A DNA stretch of 64,000 nt from NCBI GenBank assembly GCA_016215315.1, contig JACRKG010000011.1, positions 537 to 64,536 on the forward strand, given 5' to 3'. Of the stretch, positions 7,932 to 17,701 are shown in pieces. Position 1 is the stretch's first letter. Each line of letters starts with the position of its first letter. The DNA is from Candidatus Woesearchaeota archaeon (GTDB lineage: Archaea > Nanobdellota > Nanobdellia > Woesearchaeales > ARS49). Position numbers and translations under genes: made by a program. The notes under the pieces were generated by a model. That model was not told the DNA's origin. It did no database searches and saw only the letters and a list, made by a program, of their open reading frames with translations.

Positions 7932-9636
7932 AGAAGTGTTTTATCCGACTGCAAGAGTAAAAAAGAGGTATATAGTGGCTCAAATATTATTAGAAGTAGG
8001 AATTATTTTCTTAGTTGCAGGACTATTCGCCTTATTATCAAAAGTTCTAAAACAACCATTAATTATAGGATACTTAATTGCAGGTTTGCTTATTGGACCT
8101 TCTGGATTTGGATTAATAAAAGGCGAAGAAGTAATTAGTTCTTTATCAGAATTAGGAGTTGCATTCTTACTATTCATAGTGGGTATGCAGTTGGATTTTA
8201 GAAAACTAAAAAGTTTAGGAAAAATAGTATTAACTGCAGGTTCGGCACAAATAATTCTTACTTTTGCAATAACGTACTTGGTCTTGCTACAATTTTCTTT
8301 TCTTGCTAATTCAGCAATTTATTTAGCTTTTGCACTTACTTTAAGCAGCACAATTGTTGTTGCTAAATTATTAGAAGAAAAAGGAGGATTTAGCTCTCTT
8401 CATGGACGTATAATTTTAGGAATTTTATTAACTCAAGACATCGTTGCTCTTTGCGCACTAACACTCTTATCGGCAGGAGAATTCTCATTAAACACCGTTT
8501 TTTTTGCAATACTTAAACTAGCAATACTGATTTTTGCAGCAGTATTTTTTAATACAACTTTTTTACCTCAAGCATTCAAGTTTTTTGCTAAATCAAGAGA
8601 ATTATTATTTGTAACTTCAATAATGTGGTTTTTTACTGTAATGCTAGGAACAAACTTATTAGGTCTCTCACAATCAATCGGGGCTTTCCTTGCGGGAATA
8701 AGCTTAGCATCAATATCCTACAATTTAGAAATAGAAAGCAAAGCAGTTGCTCTTAGAGATTTTTTTAGTACAATTTTTTTCGTAACTGTCGGAATGCAGA
8801 TAACCTTGGCAAACTTTAATTTTTGGTTCATTCCAATAATTTTAGTATCACTTTTTGTATTGATAGGAAATCCAATAATTGTATTTTTCTCAACAATACT
8901 TTTTGGTTTTACAGCAAGAACTGCTCTTTTGAGCGGACTGGCATTAGGTCAAGTAAGTGAGTTCTCACTCGTTTTTATTTCACTAGCACATCAATTAAAC
9001 TTAGTACCAAAAGAAGTACTTAGCTTTACTGCCTTAGTTGCGCTGCTAACTTTCATAGGGTCAACATACTCCATATTATATGATAGAAAAATATGCAATT
9101 TACTCAAACCAGCATTAGACAAAGTAAATAAATGGATCAAGAAAAAAGAAAAAACTTCTTACGTTCCTAAAAAGTACAGCCCCGAAATTATTATTTGCGG
9201 TTATGGAAGAGTTGGGAAAAAAATAGGATTAACACTCAAGAAGAAAAAAATTTTAGTGATAGATTTCAACCCAGAAATCATCAATAAAGTAAAAAAGAAA
9301 AAACCCGCAATATACGGAGATATAGGTGATGAGGAAATACTAAACAGACTCCCACTATCAAAGACAGAAATGGTAGTTTCAACAATAGGAGACCTTAACG
9401 ATACAAAGAAAATAATTAATCATGTTAAAGCGTACAACAAAAAAATAAAAGTAATAGTAACTGCATCAGAAGCAAGTGATGCTTTACTGCTTTATGATCA
9501 AGGGGCAGATTATGTTCTCGTTCCTCACTTAATAGGCGGAGAATATGCAGCATTATTGATTAACAAAGGAAATGTAGGGGCTAAAAAATTAAAGAGAAAG
9601 AAAGAAATACATATCAAAAAATTAAGAAAACTTTAA
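7927..9636 (+). CDS. Kef-type monovalent cation:proton antiporter with C-terminal RCK/TrkA-N domain
   Basis: About 12 TM helices of the CPA2 type, then IIICGYGRVGKKIG Rossmann motif. True start probably downstream (GTG near 7976), because the leader motif overlaps the ATG at 7927. Confidence 0.8.
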   Translation: MPEVFYPTARVKKRYIVAQILLEVGIIFLVAGLFALLSKVLKQPLIIGYLIAGLLIGPSGFGLIKGEEVISSLSELGVAFLLFIVGMQLDFRKLKSLGKIVLTAGSAQIILTFAITYLVLLQFSFLANSAIYLAFALTLSSTIVVAKLLEEKGGFSSLHGRIILGILLTQDIVALCALTLLSAGEFSLNTVFFAILKLAILIFAAVFFNTTFLPQAFKFFAKSRELLFVTSIMWFFTVMLGTNLLGLSQSIGAFLAGISLASISYNLEIESKAVALRDFFSTIFFVTVGMQITLANFNFWFIPIILVSLFVLIGNPIIVFFSTILFGFTARTALLSGLALGQVSEFSLVFISLAHQLNLVPKEVLSFTALVALLTFIGSTYSILYDRKICNLLKPALDKVNKWIKKKEKTSYVPKKYSPEIIICGYGRVGKKIGLTLKKKKILVIDFNPEIINKVKKKKPAIYGDIGDEEILNRLPLSKTEMVVSTIGDLNDTKKIINHVKAYNKKIKVIVTASEASDALLLYDQGADYVLVPHLIGGEYAALLINKGNVGAKKLKRKKEIHIKKLRKL

Positions 9637-9666
9637 TAACACCAAATACATAATTGAACAAAAAAG

Positions 9667-11286
9667 ATGGAAATAGAACCAGAATTACTAATAGCGCATG
9701 GTTTTGTAAAAAAAGAAGCAAAAGACAAGTATAAAGGCAAAACTCCTGAAGAAATAAAAGAATTTATTGTCAAATTAAAAAAAGAGAAAGGAACAAAAGA
9801 AGTTCTCAAACAATTAGCTGAAGACGCTGAATCTGACATGATGGAATTAGCAAAAGACCAAATGGTCCAAGTATTTTATCCAAAACCACTAAACAAATAT
9901 CACTTAATTTATGAAAATTTTAATACAAGCCTTGAACCAATATATTTTTGGGCATTAAATCATTTACAAACTGACTTGGGTTTTCCTAACGTTTACAAAC
10001 TAACAGACATTTTCAGCGCATCAGAACATAGTAGTTTTTACGGAGCAGCAGGACAAAGACTAGCACTCGCTCAAGACAATGTACAAAAATATTTAGCACT
10101 AATAGGCCAATTTGTACGAAACGACTTATTCCAATTAGTTAGAGATATTAAATGGATAAAAGAAAGATTAAGATATCATGAAGATTCACAAAAAGGATTA
10201 GATGCAGCAGAAATGACATTAAAAGGAATCTGGGTTGACTTAATTGATGGAAAAGTACAAGGACAACCAGTAAGCGCAAACGTCTTCCAAATGGCTCAAC
10301 AATTACAATTCACCGCACTTCCAGATTTCTTTTTCGGAGTAAAACCAAAAAAAATAGAAGATCTCGACAAAGAAGTTGACAAATTAGGAATAAGCCTTCC
10401 AGTAAAAAACGTTCTAAAAAGAAAACTACACCAATACATGATTTGGAAAGAAGAAAACTTCAAAGAATTAAGACAAAGAGAACTATTCGAACTAAAATAC
10501 TTAAGACAACACTATAACATACTAAAAATGTACTTAGCATGGGTAAAACCATACTTACAACACGCAGAAAGACTAAGAGAAGACTTATCAAAAACATCAA
10601 GCGCAGACCTCATCGCATCATTTGAAGGAAGCCTAATAGATATAGAAATAATGGGCACAGCAATACCCGAAGGAAACAAAGAATACTACGCATGTATATT
10701 ACTCAGTTTTAATTACAGAACAAAACCAAGCATGGACTACTCAGACCCATCCAGATACCACCGAGGACCGGTACACGTAGGAGAAACAACAGTCACTTGG
10801 AGAGCATACGCTTGGAACGATGAAGATATTCAAAAATTCATGAATTACAAAGAAAAACAAGACTTAATGAGTCTAGCAGAAGTAGACAACACAGTAAAAG
10901 CAACAATTGATGCAATAGGAGAAGACTTATGGAAATACCTAGGTGAAGCAGAAGAAAAAATTCCTTACAGCGAACAAGAAATAAGCGACATAGCAGGAAA
11001 AACAGGACTCACAAGAGAAGAAGCAAAATTATTATTAGAAAGAAAAAAACCACAAGAAGCACCAAAAAAACAAGGATTCTTCGAACCATTCACGGCCATA
11101 GGAAAAGGCTTTGGAGAAATATTTAGTTTCAGCCTGCCAAAAGGAACAGGAAGCAGCGCAAAAGAAGCAGCAAAGAAAGCCGCAAAAAAAGATAAAGAAA
11201 AAAAAGCAGCAGAAGGCATGGCAAAAAAATTACTCTGGGTACACTACGAAAACTTCAAGAAAACACACGGAATGACGACTTGGTAA
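9667..11286 (+). CDS. hypothetical protein (539 aa) with Lys/Ala-rich C-terminal tail
   Basis: Long ORF with strong coding periodicity. No motif recognised. Confidence 0.5.
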   Translation: MEIEPELLIAHGFVKKEAKDKYKGKTPEEIKEFIVKLKKEKGTKEVLKQLAEDAESDMMELAKDQMVQVFYPKPLNKYHLIYENFNTSLEPIYFWALNHLQTDLGFPNVYKLTDIFSASEHSSFYGAAGQRLALAQDNVQKYLALIGQFVRNDLFQLVRDIKWIKERLRYHEDSQKGLDAAEMTLKGIWVDLIDGKVQGQPVSANVFQMAQQLQFTALPDFFFGVKPKKIEDLDKEVDKLGISLPVKNVLKRKLHQYMIWKEENFKELRQRELFELKYLRQHYNILKMYLAWVKPYLQHAERLREDLSKTSSADLIASFEGSLIDIEIMGTAIPEGNKEYYACILLSFNYRTKPSMDYSDPSRYHRGPVHVGETTVTWRAYAWNDEDIQKFMNYKEKQDLMSLAEVDNTVKATIDAIGEDLWKYLGEAEEKIPYSEQEISDIAGKTGLTREEAKLLLERKKPQEAPKKQGFFEPFTAIGKGFGEIFSFSLPKGTGSSAKEAAKKAAKKDKEKKAAEGMAKKLLWVHYENFKKTHGMTTW

Positions 11287-11288
11287 AA

Positions 11289-11325
11289 GGTTTGTAGTTT
11301 ATAGTTTACGGTTCATAGTAAACTA
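11289..11325. repeat. intergenic repeat-family copy (GGTTTGTAGTTTATAGTTTACGGTTCATAGTAAACTA) with small hairpin
   Basis: Abuts the stop of 9667..11286. Contains TAGTTTAC/GTAAACTA inverted repeat. Confidence 0.6.
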
Positions 11326-11331
11326 AAAAAA

Positions 11332-11673
11332 CTAGTTAATTTTAAGATCACTAAGCGCAGCAACAACATATTCTTCAACCAAACCTAAATTTATATTGGT
11401 ATATCCTCGCGATATTCTCAAATTTAACTCAATAAGTATCCTACCAACAACTTTTTTTCTTATTTCTTCAGAATACTTTTTCGGCAGGGGATCACTCACA
11501 GGATTTATTTTTTCTCTGTACTTTTTTGCAATTTCCCAACTATTCTTAACTTCTTTCACGTATTTATTCGAAATATTCTCGTCATCGATTGCTTTCTCCA
11601 AAATTTTATGAACTATTGCGTTTGATAAATTCCCCACAAATAAGTCTATCAATTTCTTTTTATTTTGAACCAT
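11332..11673 (-). CDS. hypothetical protein (113 aa), possible partner of the upstream nucleotidyltransferase
   Basis: Overlaps the upstream gene by 14 nt. Alpha-helical composition. Confidence 0.4.
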   Translation of the reverse strand: MVQNKKKLIDLFVGNLSNAIVHKILEKAIDDENISNKYVKEVKNSWEIAKKYREKINPVSDPLPKKYSEEIRKKVVGRILIELNLRISRGYTNINLGLVEEYVVAALSDLKIN

Positions 11674-12451
11674 TTTTTATGTTTTGCATTATTCTATCAA
11701 ATGTTTCATTGTAAATTTTATCGTATTTTTTGAGAAATTCTTTCTTCTCAACTAAATTATTCTTTAACAAATCAACGCTTTCCAAATTAAAAAGTTCTTT
11801 TATTCTGTTATCAACTTGTTCTTTGCTAATTTTTCCTTTTTCTAGAAATAAAAGGATAGATATTAAATTTCTAGTCAAATAATACTTTTCTTTACCGCTT
11901 AAAATTTCAAAATTATCAATTAAATTTTTGCTCTTTAATAAATTCAAATCAAGAATTTTGTAATTGATTAATGGCTTAAAATAATAGATTATTCTCTTTT
12001 TTGAAACACATTTACTTAACATCGATTGGTACAAAGGGTCTGATGATAATCCTCTGAGCAACGTTTTGTTATCTAGCACCATCAAATGAGGTTTTATTCC
12101 TGTCTTAGAACTAATCTCTTTTTTGATAATTAATTCATTGATTTGCTCTTCACTCACTACCAACACATCAACATCATCAAAATTAAATCCTTCATCAAGA
12201 AAAGAACCAGTGACTATCACATTATCATAGCTCTCAATCAATTCATCTATCACCTCGAAAATTTCTTCAATAATTTTAATTTTTATTGGCTCTAACTTTT
12301 TTATGCCATAAAAAAACGGTTTTTCAATAATTGTTTTTTGTTTTAGAGGTTTAATCACTACAAAACTTCCAACAGTTAAGCCAGATCTATTTTTAGGCAA
12401 ATAAACTTGATCCATAACACTGCCTTTACTTATCTTAGCAATTATCTCCAT
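11660..12451 (-). CDS. nucleotidyltransferase-fold (Pol-beta superfamily) domain protein
   Basis: VIVTGSFLDEGFNFDDVDVLVV resembles the hG[GS]...D.D motif of minimal nucleotidyltransferases. Start at the internal Met (MEIIAK). Confidence 0.45.
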   Translation of the reverse strand: MEIIAKISKGSVMDQVYLPKNRSGLTVGSFVVIKPLKQKTIIEKPFFYGIKKLEPIKIKIIEEIFEVIDELIESYDNVIVTGSFLDEGFNFDDVDVLVVSEEQINELIIKKEISSKTGIKPHLMVLDNKTLLRGLSSDPLYQSMLSKCVSKKRIIYYFKPLINYKILDLNLLKSKNLIDNFEILSGKEKYYLTRNLISILLFLEKGKISKEQVDNRIKELFNLESVDLLKNNLVEKKEFLKKYDKIYNETFDRIMQNIKNGSK

Positions 12452-12534
12452 ATTACGTAAAAATACGTAATGATATATAAATGTTTCGAGAAAATGGCTT
12501 CGCAATTTTCAAAAACAAAAAAAAGAAAAAAAAA

Positions 12535-13005
12535 TTATTCCTCAGTCACATGATTTTCTACACGGTATTTGTAAGCTCTCATATAACCTTCATATTTTCT
12601 TATTAGTTCGTATCTGTCGTCTTTAACAGTAACTGGAATCTCGCAAATAGTTTCTTCCGTATCAGATCCGCGTTTAATCTTCAAAACAGCAGGTCTGACT
12701 TCAAATTCGTACATCATAACTCGTCCAACCAATCCAGGCCTTTCTCGAGTCTTAAAACTCATTCTACGTGTTACTCCGCGAACTGAGTCATCATGCGGTA
12801 CATAATCTTCTGCAGGAATCAATCCTTTACCGCTCACAATCATTTCTCCGATTTTGTTTCCTTCTTTCCAAATAAATCTGTAATGGCTGTCTTTAAAATG
12901 CGAATGAGGCGGAATTCTAAACCATCCATCCTCTGCAACCCCATAAATTAATCCTTCAATCCCATCAATTGTTATTTGCTCACCTACAAACCTTCCAATT
13001 CTATC
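12535..13005 (-). CDS. hypothetical protein; locally higher GC than neighbours
   Basis: Clear ORF. No motif recognised. Composition visibly GC-richer than flanks. Confidence 0.5.
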   Translation of the reverse strand, partial: DRIGRFVGEQITIDGIEGLIYGVAEDGWFRIPPHSHFKDSHYRFIWKEGNKIGEMIVSGKGLIPAEDYVPHDDSVRGVTRRMSFKTRERPGLVGRVMMYEFEVRPAVLKIKRGSDTEETICEIPVTVKDDRYELIRKYEGYMRAYKYRVENHVTEE

Positions 13006-13103
13006 CATTTTGAACACCTCCATGTGTTAATTATGTATATTTTACAGTTTTAAAAAATATTTTGGTTAAATTTTAGTAAGATTTATAAAAATAGACAGTT
13101 TTA

Positions 13104-13595
13104 ATGTATGATATGCAGAAAAATAGCAAAAGTATCGTAAAACCAGTTGATAGGAAAATTTTGAAGCTAATCCAAGATAAAGGATTGTGCGTTCCAAGAA
13201 TAACAAAAATAGCTCATGAATTGAGTTTACCGACCTCAACAGTTCAAGCCAGAATAAACAAAATGCAAGAACTTGGCGTAATTAAAGAATTCAATGTTCT
13301 TGTAGATCCAGAAAAGCTTGAAAAAAATTTTGTTGCGTTTGTTTTTGGTCAAGCAAAACTTGGTAAAGAGCTAGACTTAGATAAATCAGCAAAAGAATTA
13401 GTAAAAATACCTCAAGTTCAAGAAGTATTTTTCATTACAGGAGACTATGACTATTTAGTTAAATTAAGAGTCAAAGACCAAGATGAGTACTATTCCATCG
13501 TTCAGAAAGTAGCTAAATGCTTTGATTTAAGAGGTAAAGGACTGGTAGCACCAAAGTGTTTTAAGGATAGTCCAAAGATAGTTATTGAGAGTTAA
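13104..13595 (+). CDS. Lrp/AsnC family transcriptional regulator
   Basis: N-terminal HTH (ITKIAHELSLPTSTVQARINKM) and C-terminal RAM domain (VFFITGDYDYLVKLRVKD). Confidence 0.8.
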   Translation: MYDMQKNSKSIVKPVDRKILKLIQDKGLCVPRITKIAHELSLPTSTVQARINKMQELGVIKEFNVLVDPEKLEKNFVAFVFGQAKLGKELDLDKSAKELVKIPQVQEVFFITGDYDYLVKLRVKDQDEYYSIVQKVAKCFDLRGKGLVAPKCFKDSPKIVIES

Positions 13596-14013
13596 TATGC
13601 CTGACAAACAAATCGACCAAACAAAAGTACTTCTAAAATTTAAAGGAAAATATTTACTGCTGAAAAAAGTCAAAGATGTTCATCCAGAACATATCGGTGG
13701 ATGGGAAGTCCCTGGTGGAAAAATAAAGAAAAAAGAAGACAAAATAAACGCAGCACTAAGGGAAGTAAAAGAAGAAACAAAACTTAACTGCAAAATAATT
13801 ACGGAATTGAAAACTTTAGAGCTAGAAAAAGACAACATTAAAACAAAAACTCACGTTTACTTAGCAGAAGCCGAAACTGATAAAGTTATTCTCTCAAAAG
13901 AGCATTCTGATTATATTTGGATTTTTTACAAACAAATTGATGAACTAGAAAATGTTATATATAAAGATCTTTTAAAGAACTATTTGAAAGAAGCGGAGAA
14001 AATCAGGAACTGA
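13585..14013 (+). CDS. NUDIX hydrolase
   Basis: Nudix box GGKIKKKEDKINAALREVKEETKL (GX5EX7REUXEEXGU). Confidence 0.75.
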   Translation: MRVNMPDKQIDQTKVLLKFKGKYLLLKKVKDVHPEHIGGWEVPGGKIKKKEDKINAALREVKEETKLNCKIITELKTLELEKDNIKTKTHVYLAEAETDKVILSKEHSDYIWIFYKQIDELENVIYKDLLKNYLKEAEKIRN

Positions 14014-14080
14014 TTTTCAAATCAAACAAAGAAAAAAATAAAAAAAACAATAGTCAAAAAATTTTTGCTTGCAAAAATTT

Positions 14081-14257
14081 TTATTTGAGCTTTTTAGCTT
14101 GTTCTGCGCCTAAAACTCTCCAGCATTCATGTGGACCACTTTGGGATTTTGCTACTGCAAAAAACCTTGTGCCTTTTTGCCTTACACTATACGTGTCTGT
14201 TTCAAACTTCTTCTTCGATTTAACGTCATAAAAACTTAGTTTTGGTTTAGCTGCCAT
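14081..14257 (-). CDS. small basic protein, possible nucleic-acid binding (58 aa)
   Basis: Lys-rich. No family assigned. Start at the internal Met (MAAKPK). Confidence 0.4.
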   Translation of the reverse strand: MAAKPKLSFYDVKSKKKFETDTYSVRQKGTRFFAVAKSQSGPHECWRVLGAEQAKKLK

Positions 14258-14292
14258 ATTATTCCCACCTCGCATTGTTTTTAACTGCTTTT

Positions 14293-15003
14293 TTAGTATA
14301 TTTTGCGCCTGAGTTTATTAAGTTTTCCAAAATCGAGCACTTTTTCATGGTCGATAACGTAAATTTCGAAGTCTAAAGGGTTTTTAAATAGGGGACTCAA
14401 GAACTGCTCTTTTATCACATCACTACCTTCAATCAAAGGGTTAAATGAAGGTTGAACAATCAAAGTTCTGCCTTTGTAGTCTCCTTTAAGAAAGCATTTG
14501 TACTTTTCCATCCTTCCTGCTTCCTTAAAGCCAATAGCAGGGTGCTCATGACCTATTATAACCGTTTTAACCTCTTTGTCTAATTCAGGCTCATAATCCC
14601 CATGAACAAGAAGAATGTCCTTTATTTTGTATTCTTTTACCAATTTTACATTCTTCTTATCAGTTATAGGGTAAAGAATAACATCATGATTTCCTTTAAC
14701 AACGATTACTTCGTAATCGTTCAAAAGATCGAATAATTTTGAAATATCTTTCCATTCCTGTGACAATATTTTGCCAAATTCATGTTTTACATCACCATTC
14801 AGAATTATTCGTTTAACTTTTACTTTTTTCAGAATTTGTTCTATCTTTTTTGCAATATCTTTTAGTTGAAATCTTGGAACTAAAACTCCCGTTTTTTCTA
14901 AGAATCCTTCATAACCTAAATGCAAGTCAGAGATTACTAAAGTTTCATGTTCTTTCAAGTATAACGATTCTTCAACAATGAATATCTCTTTAACTAATTC
15001 CAT
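14293..15003 (-). CDS. calcineurin-like metallophosphoesterase (SbcD/Mre11-related archaeal phosphoesterase)
   Basis: LVISDLHLG, ILNGDVKHEF, VKGNHD, IIGHEHP metallophosphoesterase motifs. Confidence 0.75.
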   Translation of the reverse strand: MELVKEIFIVEESLYLKEHETLVISDLHLGYEGFLEKTGVLVPRFQLKDIAKKIEQILKKVKVKRIILNGDVKHEFGKILSQEWKDISKLFDLLNDYEVIVVKGNHDVILYPITDKKNVKLVKEYKIKDILLVHGDYEPELDKEVKTVIIGHEHPAIGFKEAGRMEKYKCFLKGDYKGRTLIVQPSFNPLIEGSDVIKEQFLSPLFKNPLDFEIYVIDHEKVLDFGKLNKLRRKIY

Positions 15004-15166
15004 TTTATTGTTAATTTGTTGTTTTAATTTAAAATTTGTTCAAAACAAAACAGCAGTTTTGTCAAAATACTAACAAATATGCCAAATACCTCTTTTTTTG
15101 TACATTTCTGCCATTTGATATATAAATAAGTATTCAAAAAATAGTAGTGGGTCTAAGGAGCGTAAA

Positions 15167-15601
15167 ATGAAATTCATGTACGATTGGAAAGACACGAAAA
15201 AACTTTACTGGAAAGAAGATTTTCCATACTCGGGAAACTTAGCAACACTTGCTGAAACGTATTCAAAAAATTCTCTAAGACCAAAAATCAGTAAAAAGGC
15301 ATTACTCGAAAAAATGCTTGAACAAGACAAAGAATAATTCTTTTTTCTTAGTTCATCAATAATAGTTTATTTAAAGGTATTTTCTTTACAAGAGCTTTAT
15401 GCCTCATACAGAAAAGCTTTAGCAATTTATGCAGACACAAATTTTGATCGTGAAATAAGTGAAGAAGAAAAAAATGCATTTAACAAAAAAATGTATGCAG
15501 AAAACAACCTAACAATAATAGAAAAAAATAGTCCAAAACAACACTGGACTTGAAGTAACAATAGAAGACTTGTTAAAAATATTAGAAAAATACCAGAATT
15601 A
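15167..15601 (+). pseudogene. decayed tandem paralogue of the downstream gene 15607..16143 (in-frame TAA at 15335 plus a frameshift near 15525)
   Basis: 56-aa ORF, then a 71-codon open frame in the same phase after one stop. Contains [21 protein letters not shown], matching ADTNFDHNISEKEKNDFNQKM of the intact copy. C-terminal segment readable only after a frame change. Confidence 0.45.
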
Positions 15602-15606
15602 AAAAA

Positions 15607-16143
15607 ATGACATTCATACCAAAAGATCAAATCGAGGAATTTTTAACTAAACAGGAAAGTCAAGACGTAATTGAAAAAACAGAAGGTCCTAAAAATCAAC
15701 CTGAAGAAACTTCAATTTATCAAGGGAATAATAATCAAAGAAATAATCAAAGACCTGAACCTGATTTAACTGATTATACTGACAAACAAAGCGAAGACCT
15801 GCGGACATGTATGCCTGTAATTGCAGTACTTCTGGCATTCGCAGGATTTATTTACTGGGCAGAGGGGAGAAAAATAGAGAGGAATAAAAAAGAAGAAAAC
15901 AGTTTACAGGAGTACAAATATCTTTATATGAACGCTTCAAATTTACATGCGAAAGCTCTAGTATTACACGCAGACACTAACTTTGATCATAACATAAGTG
16001 AAAAAGAAAAAAACGATTTCAACCAAAAAATGTGCGGAAGAAATAACGTAACAATCATTGATGGAAAATTTATTCAAAACAGCACAGGTCTTGAATTAAC
16101 AATAGAAGAACAAATAAAAATATTAGAACAGTACCAAAACTAA
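15607..16143 (+). CDS. hypothetical single-pass membrane protein (intact copy of the duplicated family)
   Basis: Central TM helix VIAVLLAFAGFIYW. C-terminal domain homologous to the upstream relic. Confidence 0.5.
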   Translation: MTFIPKDQIEEFLTKQESQDVIEKTEGPKNQPEETSIYQGNNNQRNNQRPEPDLTDYTDKQSEDLRTCMPVIAVLLAFAGFIYWAEGRKIERNKKEENSLQEYKYLYMNASNLHAKALVLHADTNFDHNISEKEKNDFNQKMCGRNNVTIIDGKFIQNSTGLELTIEEQIKILEQYQN

Positions 16144-16944
16144 TCACTTCTTAACTTCTCTTATCGGAACATAAATTTCTCCACTGAGCTTTATTTGTCC
16201 TGGTGGAATTATGAAAAAATCTGTGGTGCCGGATTCTATTTCTTGCTGCATTTTTTGTTTAGTTTTGTAATCATCTGCCTTTAATAAAAAAGAATGTTTT
16301 TTTGAAGCAGCAGGGTAGTTTAAAATCTCTTCTAACTTATCCTGATCTATTTCATGTCGATATACAAAAGTCATTTCTGGAATGCTGTGCGCAAAAGTTA
16401 GTGCAGAAATTATTTTCAAATCACTAATCTTTGCATGAATCTTTACAGAATGGTTATCATATTGGGCAATACCTATAAGTTCTTTTGCCCCAAATATCTT
16501 AATCCCTAATAACTTTGTTAGCAGACCTAATCCTTTGCCTTGCTCTGCTGTTGCTAATGAATGACTTATCCACAATCCTTGTTTTGCGGAAGGAATTGCG
16601 CAATACATAGATACAGGAATAAGACAGTCATAATTTTCAGGGATTTCAAATTTTTTCTTTAATGATTTTTCAAGAGAACTATTTTTTTTAGCTAAACCTA
16701 CAAAAGCGCTAGGCAGCATTCCACAGTCTAATGCAACCCATTTTTCCATTCCCATTTTTTTATCTCCGTAACTAATGCCATCTAATTGTATTAGTAAGTC
16801 AACAAATTGTTTACTTGATGTTAGCAAAGGATTTATGTAATGCGCAGACATGCCAAAAGGATTCATGCAAAACCCTTTAATATTTTCTTGGCTGCCTAAA
16901 ACATACAAAACATAATTATCCTTAACATAGTCTATTAAGCTCAT
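16144..16944 (-). CDS. hypothetical protein with GNAT-like acyl-CoA binding motif
   Basis: AEQGKGLGLLTKLLG resembles GNAT motif A (Q/R-x-x-G-x-G/A). Confidence 0.35.
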   Translation of the reverse strand: MSLIDYVKDNYVLYVLGSQENIKGFCMNPFGMSAHYINPLLTSSKQFVDLLIQLDGISYGDKKMGMEKWVALDCGMLPSAFVGLAKKNSSLEKSLKKKFEIPENYDCLIPVSMYCAIPSAKQGLWISHSLATAEQGKGLGLLTKLLGIKIFGAKELIGIAQYDNHSVKIHAKISDLKIISALTFAHSIPEMTFVYRHEIDQDKLEEILNYPAASKKHSFLLKADDYKTKQKMQQEIESGTTDFFIIPPGQIKLSGEIYVPIREVKK

Positions 16945-17065
16945 CTTTGCATGATTTTAGCATTGATTTTTATATTTAGTGACTAGCACAAAACACATTA
17001 TACAAATTTGTTCTAAATAGAACAAAATAGTAAAATTTAAATATAACCGCACCCAACAATCTATT

Positions 17066-17701
17066 ATGACTACAACAACTGAACAAACTCAGGATTACAT
17101 CAAGGAACATCCAGATATAAAGAACTGCTTGAAAAAAGGTTTAATTAACTATTCTTCACTTGCAAGGTTTATAGGAAAGGAAATAAATATTGAGAAAAAA
17201 ACTTCTAAAGAAGCAATCTTGATAGCTGCAAGAAGATTTCGAGAAAAACTTAAGCAGGAAATAAATTATGAAGAAGAAATAAGAAAAGTACTTTCTCAAT
17301 CAGAATTAGACATCAAAAACAAAATAAGCGTATTCATAATAAATAAAAGCATAAATTTTGACTTCATGCAAGAATTACAAAAACAAATAAGACAAGAATA
17401 CGGCACATTTTATATCATAGAAGGATCTGACAATTACACAGTCATTACGCAAGACAAATACACAGTTCAACTCGAGAAGAAATTCAGTCAAAAAATAATT
17501 CACAAAAACAAAGATCTTGCATTAATTAATTTTAAGAGCCAAAAAGAAATAGAACAAGTAAGAGGAGTTATTGCGTATTTAACAGCACTGTTTAATGAAC
17601 ATGGAGTAAATATTGTTGAGTTATTATCTTGTTGGACGGACACGTTATTTGTTGTTTCTTCAAAAGATGTAAACAAAGCACTGATGTTTTTAAAATTCTA
17701 G
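17066..17701 (+). CDS. ACT domain-containing protein
   Basis: C-terminal beta-alpha-beta-beta-alpha-beta pattern typical of ACT regulatory domains. Confidence 0.4.
   Translation: MTTTTEQTQDYIKEHPDIKNCLKKGLINYSSLARFIGKEINIEKKTSKEAILIAARRFREKLKQEINYEEEIRKVLSQSELDIKNKISVFIINKSINFDFMQELQKQIRQEYGTFYIIEGSDNYTVITQDKYTVQLEKKFSQKIIHKNKDLALINFKSQKEIEQVRGVIAYLTALFNEHGVNIVELLSCWTDTLFVVSSKDVNKALMFLKF

Noticed and set aside
7927-7975. ATG at 7927 as true start of the Kef antiporter
   Set aside because: The first about 16 codons overlap the conserved non-coding leader motif and are not Kef-like. A downstream GTG/Met start fits the first TM helix better. The CDS is kept at 7927 in the feature list with this caveat.
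14040-14080. Palindrome CAAAAAATTTTTGCTTGCAAAAATTTTT between convergent genes
   Set aside because: Pure A/T palindrome expected by chance in AT-rich spacer. Probably just an oligo-T archaeal terminator region. Not reported as a distinct feature.
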